A stretch of DNA of 64,000 nt from Pseudomonas aeruginosa PAO1 (GTDB lineage Bacteria > Pseudomonadota > Gammaproteobacteria > Pseudomonadales > Pseudomonadaceae): NCBI RefSeq assembly GCF_000006765.1, contig NC_002516.2; one strand, 5' to 3'. Position 1 is the first letter of the stretch. Every line of letters starts with the position of its first letter. Below are positions 49,247 to 59,700 of this stretch, one piece after another. The notes below the pieces were generated by a model. The model saw nothing but the letters and a program-made list of their open reading frames with translations, was not told where the DNA came from and searched no databases. The position numbers were made by a program, and so were the translations under genes.

Positions 49247-49434
49247 CTGTCTGCAAGGAGGCCGAGACGGGTGACGCATGCTCCTGGAGCCGGTCGCCGT
49301 CCGCATTCGCAGTGCCGCAACGAAAGCCTGCGCCAGGCCACCCCACTCAACCGTCCCATGCCTACCGGCCCAGCCGGGAGCGGCCATGGAACGATCCTGG
49401 GACCCCACCGACCTAGTACATCCGGGAAGCAACT

Positions 49435-51084
49435 ATGACCAATCCCAAGCGCGGCGCCATTCGCGAACTGCTCGCCCTGCTCAGGCCCTTTCGAGCGATC
49501 GTGGCCGTCTCCATAGCACTGGGCATGGCCGGCGGCCTTGCCATCACCCTGCTGCTGGCCAGCATCAACAACGCCTTGCACTCGGAAAACGGCCTCGGCC
49601 AAGGCGTACTGCTGTCGTTCGGCGGACTCTGCCTGCTGGCATTGGTCAGTTCGATCGTCTCCGACATCGGTACCAGCTACGTCGGCCAACACATCATCGC
49701 GAAGCTGCGCAAGGAACTCGGCGAGAAAGTCCTCTCGGCGCCCATCGAGCAGATCGAGCGCTACCGGACCCACCGTCTCATTCCGGTACTGACACACGAC
49801 ATTGACACCATCAGCGACTTCTCCTTTTCCTTCACCCCACTGGCCATCGCCCTGACCATCACTTTCGGCTGCCTGGGTTACCTCGCCTACCTATCGGTCC
49901 CAATGTTCCTGCTGACAGTCGTCGCCATCGTCATCGGCACGGCAGCCCAGTACCTGGCGCGCTCCCGCGGTTTCAAAGGGTTCTATGCCGCCCGCGATCT
50001 CGAAGACGAATTGCAGAAGCACTACACCGCCATCGCTTCGGGCGCGAAGGAACTGCGCATCCACCGCCCCCGTCGCTATCGCATGCACACCGGCCGCATC
50101 AGCGAAACCGCGAACAACATCCGCGACCTCCACATCAGCTCCATCAATATATTCATCCTGGCCAAGACCTTCGGCTCGATGCTGTTCTTCGTGGTGATCG
50201 GTCTGGCGCTTACGCTCCAGGCCTACTGGCCTTCGTCCAATCCGGCCGCCATCACTGGCTTCGTGATGGTCCTGCTGTACATGAAGGGACCACTCGAACA
50301 GGTGGTGACCATCCTTCCCATCGTCAGTCGCGCCCAGGTCGCCTTCCAGCGGGTCGCCGAACTTTCCGAGCGTTTTTCCTCTCCCGAACCCCATCTTCTG
50401 CTCAGCGAACAGGAGGCCCCGGACAAGACCGTCGACAGCCTGGAACTGCGCGACGTTCGCTACAGCCCCCCCGCCGTCGAAGGCAGCGAACCGTTCCATC
50501 TGGGCCCTATCAATCTGCGTATCGCCCAAGGTGACATCGTCTTCATCGTCGGCGAGAACGGCTGCGGCAAGACGACCCTGATCAAGCTGCTGCTCGGCCT
50601 CTATCGCCCGCAGTCCGGCGAGATCCTTCTCAACGGAGAACCGGTCAGCGCGGAGACCCGCGACGATTACCGCCAGCTCTTCAGCACCATCTTCGCCGAC
50701 TACTACCTATTCGACGACCTGGTCCAGGGCAAGCAGGCTTCGTTGCAGAACGCGACCCAATATCTGCAACGCCTGGAAATCGCCCACAAGGTCAGCGTCA
50801 TGGACGGCAACTTCAGCACCACCGATCTCTCCACCGGGCAGCGCAAGCGCCTTGCGCTGATCAATGCCTGGCTCGAAGAGCGACCGGTCCTGGTCTTCGA
50901 CGAATGGGCCGCAGACCAGGACCCGGCTTTCCGCAGGGTCTTCTACACCGAACTGTTGCCGGACCTGAAACGCCAGGGCAAGACCATCATCGTGATCAGC
51001 CACGATGATCGCTATTTCGAAATGGCGGACCAGTTGATAAGGCTCTCGGCAGGCAAGGTCGTCAAGGAAACCGAGACGGCGTGA
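49435..51084 (+). CDS. pvdE: Cyclic-peptide ABC exporter PvdE
   Basis: 549 aa; TM domain plus GENGCGKTT, LSTGQRKRLAL, FDEWAADQDP. Confidence 0.95.
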   Translation: MTNPKRGAIRELLALLRPFRAIVAVSIALGMAGGLAITLLLASINNALHSENGLGQGVLLSFGGLCLLALVSSIVSDIGTSYVGQHIIAKLRKELGEKVLSAPIEQIERYRTHRLIPVLTHDIDTISDFSFSFTPLAIALTITFGCLGYLAYLSVPMFLLTVVAIVIGTAAQYLARSRGFKGFYAARDLEDELQKHYTAIASGAKELRIHRPRRYRMHTGRISETANNIRDLHISSINIFILAKTFGSMLFFVVIGLALTLQAYWPSSNPAAITGFVMVLLYMKGPLEQVVTILPIVSRAQVAFQRVAELSERFSSPEPHLLLSEQEAPDKTVDSLELRDVRYSPPAVEGSEPFHLGPINLRIAQGDIVFIVGENGCGKTTLIKLLLGLYRPQSGEILLNGEPVSAETRDDYRQLFSTIFADYYLFDDLVQGKQASLQNATQYLQRLEIAHKVSVMDGNFSTTDLSTGQRKRLALINAWLEERPVLVFDEWAADQDPAFRRVFYTELLPDLKRQGKTIIVISHDDRYFEMADQLIRLSAGKVVKETETA

Positions 51085-51150
51085 AACTTTTTCATCCGGT
51101 TTTCCGTGGGTAAAACGTCATACTAAGAGAATTGAGAAGCGATCTCATTT
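51085..51150 (+). promoter_or_regulatory. fpvA promoter region with Fur-like palindrome
   Basis: TGAGA-N5-TCTCA (51133-51147) in an AT-rich tract; FpvI-dependent elements expected here but not precisely placed. Confidence 0.5.
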
Positions 51151-51186
51151 ATTCGCAACTTGCCAACCTAAGAAGAGCAATCACCC

Positions 51187-53634
51187 ATGCCAGCACCACA
51201 CGGTCTCAGTCCTCTGAGTAAGGCGTTTTTGATGCGCCGTGCCTTCCAACGCAGGATTCTTCCCCACTCGCTCGCCATGGCCCTGAGCCTGCCGCTGGCG
51301 GGATATGTCCAGGCGCAGGAAGTCGAGTTCGACATCCCTCCCCAGGCGCTGGGCAGCGCACTCCAGGAGTTCGGCCGCCAGGCGGATATCCAGGTGCTGT
51401 ATCGCCCGGAAGAGGTCCGGAACAAGCGTAGCAGTGCGATCAAGGGCAAGCTGGAGCCGAACCAGGCGATTACCGAGCTGCTTCGTGGCACCGGCGCATC
51501 GGTGGACTTCCAGGGCAATGCGATAACCATCAGCGTCGCCGAGGCGGCGGACAGCAGCGTCGATCTCGGCGCCACCATGATCACCTCCAACCAGTTGGGC
51601 ACCATCACCGAGGACAGCGGCTCCTATACGCCAGGCACTATCGCCACGGCGACCCGCCTGGTCCTGACTCCGCGCGAGACGCCCCAGTCGATCACCGTGG
51701 TCACCCGCCAGAACATGGACGACTTCGGCCTCAACAACATCGACGACGTCATGCGCCATACGCCGGGCATCACCGTCTCGGCCTACGACACTGACCGCAA
51801 CAACTACTATGCCCGCGGCTTCTCGATCAACAACTTCCAGTACGACGGGATTCCCTCGACGGCCCGCAACGTCGGCTACTCCGCGGGCAATACGCTCAGT
51901 GACATGGCCATCTACGACCGGGTGGAAGTACTCAAGGGGGCGACCGGCCTGCTCACCGGTGCGGGGTCCCTCGGCGCCACGATCAACCTGATCCGCAAGA
52001 AACCTACCCATGAATTCAAGGGCCATGTCGAACTGGGCGCGGGCAGTTGGGACAATTACCGCTCCGAACTGGACGTCAGCGGCCCACTGACCGAGTCCGG
52101 CAACGTCCGCGGCCGGGCGGTAGCCGCCTACCAGGATAAGCACTCGTTCATGGATCACTACGAGCGCAAAACCAGCGTCTATTACGGCATCCTCGAGTTC
52201 GATCTGAATCCCGACACCATGCTTACCGTCGGCGCCGACTATCAGGACAACGATCCCAAGGGATCGGGCTGGTCGGGCAGCTTCCCGCTCTTCGACAGCC
52301 AGGGCAACCGCAACGACGTCTCCCGCTCCTTCAACAACGGAGCCAAGTGGAGCAGTTGGGAGCAGTACACCCGCACCGTCTTCGCCAACCTCGAGCACAA
52401 TTTCGCCAACGGCTGGGTCGGCAAGGTGCAACTCGATCACAAGATCAACGGCTACCACGCGCCCCTCGGCGCGATCATGGGCGACTGGCCGGCACCGGAC
52501 AACAGCGCCAAGATCGTTGCGCAGAAGTACACCGGCGAAACCAAGAGCAACTCGCTGGATATCTATCTCACCGGCCCCTTCCAGTTCCTCGGTCGCGAGC
52601 ACGAGCTGGTGGTCGGCACCTCGGCTTCCTTCTCCCACTGGGAGGGCAAGAGCTACTGGAACCTGCGCAACTACGACAACACCACCGACGACTTCATCAA
52701 CTGGGACGGCGATATAGGCAAGCCCGACTGGGGTACCCCCTCCCAGTACATCGATGACAAGACCCGCCAGTTGGGCAGCTACATGACCGCCCGCTTCAAT
52801 GTGACCGATGACCTGAACCTGTTCCTAGGTGGACGCGTGGTCGACTACCGGGTAACCGGCCTGAATCCGACCATTCGCGAGTCCGGACGCTTCATTCCCT
52901 ACGTCGGCGCGGTCTACGACCTGAACGATACCTACTCCGTCTACGCCAGCTATACCGACATCTTCATGCCGCAGGACAGTTGGTATCGCGACAGCAGCAA
53001 CAAGCTGCTCGAACCCGACGAAGGCCAGAACTACGAGATCGGCATCAAGGGTGAATATCTCGACGGACGACTCAATACCAGTCTCGCCTACTTCGAGATT
53101 CATGAGGAAAACCGCGCGGAGGAAGACGCCCTCTACAACAGCAAACCGACCAACCCCGCCATCACCTACGCCTACAAGGGCATCAAGGCCAAGACCAAGG
53201 GCTACGAGGCGGAAATCTCGGGTGAACTGGCGCCAGGCTGGCAGGTTCAGGCTGGCTATACCCACAAGATCATTCGCGACGACAGTGGCAAGAAGGTTTC
53301 CACCTGGGAGCCTCAGGACCAGTTGAGCCTCTACACCAGCTACAAGTTCAAGGGCGCCCTGGACAAGCTCACGGTCGGCGGCGGCGCCCGCTGGCAGGGC
53401 AAGAGCTGGCAGATGGTCTACAACAATCCCCGCAGCCGCTGGGAAAAGTTCTCCCAGGAAGACTACTGGCTGGTGGACCTGATGGCCCGCTACCAGATCA
53501 CCGACAAGCTGTCAGCCAGCGTCAACGTCAACAACGTCTTCGACAAGACCTACTACACCAACATCGGTTTCTACACCTCGGCATCCTATGGCGATCCACG
53601 GAACCTGATGTTCAGCACTCGCTGGGACTTCTGA
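51187..53634 (+). CDS. fpvA: TonB-dependent ferripyoverdine receptor FpvA, type I
   Basis: 815 aa; signal peptide, N-terminal signalling domain QEVEFDIPPQ, RVEVLKGATGL, C-terminal TRWDF. Confidence 0.97.
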   Translation: MPAPHGLSPLSKAFLMRRAFQRRILPHSLAMALSLPLAGYVQAQEVEFDIPPQALGSALQEFGRQADIQVLYRPEEVRNKRSSAIKGKLEPNQAITELLRGTGASVDFQGNAITISVAEAADSSVDLGATMITSNQLGTITEDSGSYTPGTIATATRLVLTPRETPQSITVVTRQNMDDFGLNNIDDVMRHTPGITVSAYDTDRNNYYARGFSINNFQYDGIPSTARNVGYSAGNTLSDMAIYDRVEVLKGATGLLTGAGSLGATINLIRKKPTHEFKGHVELGAGSWDNYRSELDVSGPLTESGNVRGRAVAAYQDKHSFMDHYERKTSVYYGILEFDLNPDTMLTVGADYQDNDPKGSGWSGSFPLFDSQGNRNDVSRSFNNGAKWSSWEQYTRTVFANLEHNFANGWVGKVQLDHKINGYHAPLGAIMGDWPAPDNSAKIVAQKYTGETKSNSLDIYLTGPFQFLGREHELVVGTSASFSHWEGKSYWNLRNYDNTTDDFINWDGDIGKPDWGTPSQYIDDKTRQLGSYMTARFNVTDDLNLFLGGRVVDYRVTGLNPTIRESGRFIPYVGAVYDLNDTYSVYASYTDIFMPQDSWYRDSSNKLLEPDEGQNYEIGIKGEYLDGRLNTSLAYFEIHEENRAEEDALYNSKPTNPAITYAYKGIKAKTKGYEAEISGELAPGWQVQAGYTHKIIRDDSGKKVSTWEPQDQLSLYTSYKFKGALDKLTVGGGARWQGKSWQMVYNNPRSRWEKFSQEDYWLVDLMARYQITDKLSASVNVNNVFDKTYYTNIGFYTSASYGDPRNLMFSTRWDF

Positions 53635-53645
53635 GCCCGACTGCG

Positions 53646-53676
53646 AAAAAGAACGCCCCGCAATGCGGGGCGTTCT
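53646..53676. terminator. Terminator downstream of fpvA (A-tract on the left gives a U-tract on the minus strand)
   Basis: AGAACGCCCCGC-AAT-GCGGGGCGTTCT. Confidence 0.8.
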
Positions 53677-53752
53677 GCTTCTCGGCTACCCCACGCGACC
53701 CATCGCCGAAGACGCCTGTCGGCACGACACCAAATGATTCCTGTACAGAAAC

Positions 53753-53778
53753 AAAGAGCCCGCCTGAAGGCGGGCTTT
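53753..53778 (-). terminator. Terminator downstream of pvdD
   Basis: AGCCCGCC-TGAA-GGCGGGCT; T-rich tail on the minus strand. Confidence 0.75.
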
Positions 53779-53797
53779 GAACGGAACGGACCTGAGA

Positions 53798-56700
53798 TCA
53801 GCGCCCGGCACGCTCCAGGGCGGCCCGGAAGCTCTGCACAAACTCAGGGTGGTCGATGATCTTGTCGTGCCGGGTATCCAGCACCCGCACCGGTTCGACA
53901 CGCTCAGCCCCGATCGCCTCGGCCATCGAGCGCTCCACCGCGCTCCGCTGGATGGCATTGGTGCTGCGCGCGGCCCACCAGAGGCTGACCTTCGCCGTCA
54001 GACGCGGGTAATCCATCGCTTTCAGGCGCTCGTCGAGGATCTGTTTCAACTCCCAGGACACTTCCAGTTCGTTGCTCTGTGCGATTTCGCTGCGCAGTGT
54101 CGCGAACTCGGCGCCGATCTCCGCTTCCGCCCAGTCGCTCATCCTCGTCCAGCGCTGCTCATCGTCCGTCGTGGCGGAGCAGATCGATGACCAGGCCCGT
54201 TCGATATGCTCGGCCCGCTCCGGAAACATGACACCGAGCAGTTCCACCCGCATCTCGCCCACGGATAGGTTCGGGACTGCCTCCGGCGTCGGCCCGATCT
54301 CGTTCCAGAACGCTTCGACCCTGACCGGTGCCGGTGCATCGATCCAGCCGACGAAAGCCACCTGCCGCCCACGCTGCTCCAGCCGGGCCGCGACATCCAT
54401 CGCCAGGTTGCCGCCGAGCGACCATCCCGCCAGGTTGAAAACCCCTTCGGGGTGCTCCTGCAGCAATTGCTCGGCGTATTCCGCAACCATATCGTCCCAC
54501 TCCGGCACCTCGCGACCAGCGCCCAGCAGGGCACGGCAGACAACACCCTTGACCGGATGACGATCCCGCAGCGCCATGGCGAGGGTCTTGTAACAGTGCA
54601 CAGAGCCGAAACTCGGATGGAACATGAACAGCGGCGAACCTTCGCGCCTGCCGTTGAGCGGCACCAGCAACGACTCACGCGCCTGCCCCTCGATGCATGC
54701 CGCCTGTTCCGCGACGCTGGCATGGGTCATCAGTTGGCTGATGCTCAGCGTAGCCTGGCAGGTATCGCCGATCCGCTCCTTGAGCATCAGCAGCAACAAT
54801 GAGTGACCGCCCAGTTCGAAGAAGTTGTCGTCCAGGCCGACCCGTTCCACTCCCAGGATCTCCGCCCAGATCGCTGCGATGCGCTGCTCCAGCTCGCTAC
54901 CGGGCGCTCGATAGGCCTGCTGCGACAAGCTCGCATCCGGTTGCGGCAACGCCTGCCGGTCGAGCTTGCCATTGACCGTCAGCGGCATCCGCTCCAGCAG
55001 CATCAGGTGCGCCGGCACCATGTAGTCCGGCAGGTGCCGCTTCAGCGACTCCCGCAGCGACTCCCGCAGACGCTCGGCATCCTCCGCCGAGTCCGCCACC
55101 ACGTATCCCACCAGTTGCGTGCCGCCGACCCCGTCATGGGCCAGCACCACGGCATCGCGTACCCCGGCCAGACCGGCGAGCGCCGCTTCGATCTCACCCA
55201 GTTCGATACGGAAGCCGCGAACCTTCACCTGGTGGTCGATACGCCCGATGTACTCGATATTGCCATCCGCCTGGAACCGTGCCAGGTCGCCGGTACGGTA
55301 CAGCCGCTCGCCGGCACCGCCGGGGAACGGGTTCGGCACGAAGCGGGTGGCACTCAACCCGGGCCGCCTCAGGTAGCCGCGCGCCAGACCGGCGCGACCG
55401 ATGTACAGCTCGCCCACCGCGCCGCGCGGCACCGGGTTCAGGTCACGGTCGAGGATGTACCAGGACAGGTCCGGGATGGTCCCGCCGATCGGACTGACCA
55501 GGCCACCCTTCAGGTCGGCTTCGCTCACCGGACGGTAGGTTACGTGTACCGTGGTCTCGGTGATGCCGTACATGTTCACCAGTTGCGGCTGGCGATCGCC
55601 AAAGCGCTGGAACCACGGCCGCAGGCTCTGCAGATCCAGCGCCTCGCCACCGAAGATCACGTAGCGCAGCGCCGGCTGCTGCGTCGCCATGTCGGCGGAA
55701 CAGGCCACCGCCATCAGTTGCTTGAACGCCGACGGCGTCTGGTTGAGCACCGTCACGCCTTCGCGGCACAGCAGACGGTAGAAGTCTTCCGGCGAACGGC
55801 TCACCCATTGCGGCACGATCACCAGGCGCCCGCCATAGAGCAGCGCGCCGAAGATTTCCCAGACCGAGAAATCGAAGGCGTAGGAATGGAACAACGTCCA
55901 CACGTCCCGCTCGTCGAAGCCGAACCAGGCCTCGGTGGCGCTGAACAGGCGCAGCGCGTTGCGGTGGGTGAGCAACGTGCCCTTGGGCTTGCCGGTCGAG
56001 CCCGAGGTATAGATCACGTAGGCCAGGTTGTCCGCCGATAGCGTCGGGAGCGGATCGCTCTCGGCGTAGCCGTCCAGCACCAGTCCGTCGATGGCCAGCA
56101 CCTCCACCCCCGCCTGCCGCGGCAGGCGCTCGAGCAGATGCCCCTGGGTCAGCAGCAGCCGTACCCCACTGTCGTCGAGGATATGCGCCAGGCGCTCCTC
56201 TGGCGCCGCCGGGTCCAACGGCAGGTAGGCGCCGCCGGCCTTGAGGATCGCCAGCAAGCCGACCAGCATGTCCAGCGAACGCTCCAGCGCCAGCCCGACC
56301 GGCACGTCCGCGCCAACGCCGCGAGCGATCAGGCAGTGCGCCAGGCGATTGGCCCGCGCATTCAGTTCGCCGTAGCTCAACCGTTGTTCGTCGAGGATCA
56401 GCGCAACCGCCTGTGGCCGTTGCCGCGCCTGCTCCTCGAAACGCTGCTGCAAGGTGCCCTGCACCGCGCACTCGCGCTGGGCCGGGTTCCATTCGGAGAG
56501 GGTCTGCCGGCGCTCCGGCGCATCCAGCAGCGGCAACTCGCCGAGCCGCTGTCGTGGGTTGGCGACGATGCCGCGCAACAGGTTGCGCCAATGGCCGGCC
56601 AGGCGTTCCACGGTGGAGGCGTCGAACAGATCGGTGGCATAGTCGAAGGAGGCCCAGATGCCGTTTTCGTCTTCCTGAATATCCAGCGTCAGGTCGAACT

Positions 56701-59700
56701 GCGCAGTCTGGCCGTCCCAGGCCAGGCCTTCCAGACGCAGGTCCTCCAACTGAACCTCGGGCGTCACCGAGCGTATCTCGCTCTGATGGTTGAACAGCAC
56801 CTGGAACAGTGGGTTGTGGCTGGCATTGCGCTCCGGCTGCAAGGCTTCCACCAGTTGCTCGAACGGCAGGTCCTGGTGCGCCTGGGCCTCCAGCGCGCGT
56901 TGGCGGGCCTGGGCCAGCAGCTCGTCGAAGCCCATCCGACCGTCCAGGTCGGCCTTGAGCACCTGGGTGTTGACGAAGAAGCCGATCAGCCGCTCGGTCT
57001 CCACGCGGTTGCGATTGGCGATCGGCACACCGACACGGATATCCGCCTGCCCGCTGTAGCGATACAACAGCGCCTGGAACGAGGCCAGCAACAGCATGAA
57101 ACTACTGGCGCCTTCACGCTGGGCCAAGGCTCTCACGGCCTCGACCAGTTCCCGCGATAGCTCGAAACCCAACTGCGCGCCACGATGGCTCTGCCGGGCC
57201 GGACGCGGCCGATCGAACGGCAACTCCAGCACCGGCTGCTCGCCGCCCAGCAGGCCGGTCCAGTACGCCAACTGGCGCTCCTTTTCCCCCGCCTCCATCC
57301 AGCTGCGCTGCCACAGGGCGTAGTCCGCGTACTGGATCGGCAGGGCTGGCAACACCACGTCGAGCCCTTGGCTATAGGCGGCATAGAGCTGGACCAGTTC
57401 CTCGACCATCACCTGCATCGACCAACCATCGGACACGATGTGGTGCTGGACCAGCACCAGTACATGGTCGTCCTCGGCCAGTTGCAACAGGTTCACCCGC
57501 AGCAGCGGCCCCCGTTCCAGGTCGAATGGCTGCACAACGATGGCCTGTATCCGTTCGATCAGGCCTTCTTCACCGAACTGTTCCCGCTCGATGGAAACGC
57601 TAACCGCAGGTTGTACCTGCTGGTACGAACGCCCTCCCTCCAGCCGGAAGCGGGTACGCAAGGTTTCATGCCGCGCGACCAGGCTGTCGAAGCTGCGTTG
57701 CAAGGCATCCACGTCCAGCCGCCCGCGTAGGCGCAAGGCACTCGGAATATGGTAGGCCGCGCTTTCCGGCTCCAGTTGCCAGAGGAACCACTGACGCTCC
57801 TGAGCGAAGGACAGTGCCAACGGTTGCTGCCGATCGGCAAGCGGTATCGTCGAGACCGCATCCGTCGTGCGTTCCAATCCCTGGGCGAACGCTTCCAGAA
57901 CCGGCCGCTCGAACAACGCCTTCAGGCTTGCGTCCAACTGCTGCTCCTGGCGAACCCGAGAAATCACCCGGGTAGCCAGCAACGAATGACCGCCCAGTTC
58001 GAAGAAGTTGTCGTCCAGGCCGACCCGTTCCACTCCCAGGATCTCCGACCAGATCGCTGCGATGCGCTGCTCCAGCTCGCTACCGGGCGCTCGATAGGCC
58101 TGTTGCGACAGGCTCGCATCCGGTTGCGGCAACGCCTGCCGGTCGAGCTTGCCATTGACCGTCAGCGGCATCCGCTCCAGCAGCATCAGGTGCGCCGGCA
58201 CCATGTAGTCCGGCAGGTGCCGCTTCAGCGACTCCCGCAGCGACTCCCGCAGACGCTCGGCATCCTCCGCCGAGTCCGCCACCACGTATCCCACCAGTTG
58301 CGTGCCGCCGACTCCGTCATGGGCCAGCACCACGGCATCGCGTACCCCGGCCAGACCGGCGAGCGCCGCTTCGATCTCGCCCAGTTCGATACGGAAGCCG
58401 CGAACCTTCACCTGGTGGTCGATACGCCCGATGTACTCGATATTGCCATCCGCCTGGAACCGTGCCAGGTCGCCGGTACGGTACAGCCGCTCGCCGGCGC
58501 CGCCGGGGAACGGGTTCGGCACGAAGCGGGTGGCACTCAACCCGGGCCGCCTCAGGTAGCCGCGCGCCAGCCCGGCGCGACCGATGTACAGCTCGCCCAC
58601 CGCGCCGCGCGGCACCGGGTTCAGGTCACGGTCGAGGATGTACCAGGACAGGTCCGGGATGGTCCCGCCAATCGGACTGACCAGGCCACCTTCCAGGTCG
58701 GCCTCGCTCACCGGACGGTAGGTTACGTGCACCGTGGTCTCGGTGATGCCGTACATGTTCACCAGTTGCGGCTGGCGATCGCCGAAGCGCTGGAACCACG
58801 GCCGCAGGCTCTGCAGATCCAGCGCCTCGCCACCGAAGATCACGTAGCGCAGCGCCGGCTGCTGCGTCGCCATGTCGGCGGAACAGGCCACCGCCATCAG
58901 TTGCTTGAACGCCGACGGCGTCTGGTTGAGCACCGTCACGCCTTCGCGGCACAGCAGACGGTAGAAGTCTTCCGGCGAACGGCTCACCCATTGCGGCACA
59001 ATCACCAGGCACCCGCCATAGAGCAGCGCGCCGAAGATTTCCCAGACCGAGAAATCGAAGGCGTAGGAATGGAACAATGTCCACACGTCCCGCTCGTCGA
59101 AGCCGAACCAGGCCTCGGTGGCGCTGAACAGGCGCAGCGCGTTGCGGTGGGTGAGCAATGTGCCCTTGGGCTTGCCGGTCGAGCCCGAGGTATAGATCAC
59201 GTAGGCCAGGTTGTCCGCCGATAGCGTCGGGAGCGGATCGCTCTCGGCGTAGCCGTCCAGCACCAGTCCGTCGATGGCCAGCACCTCCACCCCCGCCTGC
59301 CGTGGCAGGCGCTCGAGCAGATGCCCCTGGGTCAGCAGCAGCCGTACCCCACTGTCGTCGAGGATATGCGCCAGGCGCTCCTCTGGCGCCGCCGGGTCCA
59401 ACGGCAGGTAGGCGCCGCCGGCCTTGAGGATCGCCAGCAAGCCGACCAGCATGTCCAGCGAACGCTCCAGCGCCAGCCCGACCGGCACGTCCGCGCCAAC
59501 GCCACGGGCGATCAGGCAGTGCGCCAGGCGATTGGCCCGCGCATTCAGTTCGCCGTAGCTCAACCGTTGTTCGTCGAGGATCAGCGCAACCGCCTGTGGC
59601 CGTTGCCGCGCCTGTTCCTCGAAACGCTGCTGCAAGGTGCCCTGCACCGCGCACTCGCGCTGGGCCGGGTTCCATTCGGAGAGGGTCTGCCGGCGCTCCG

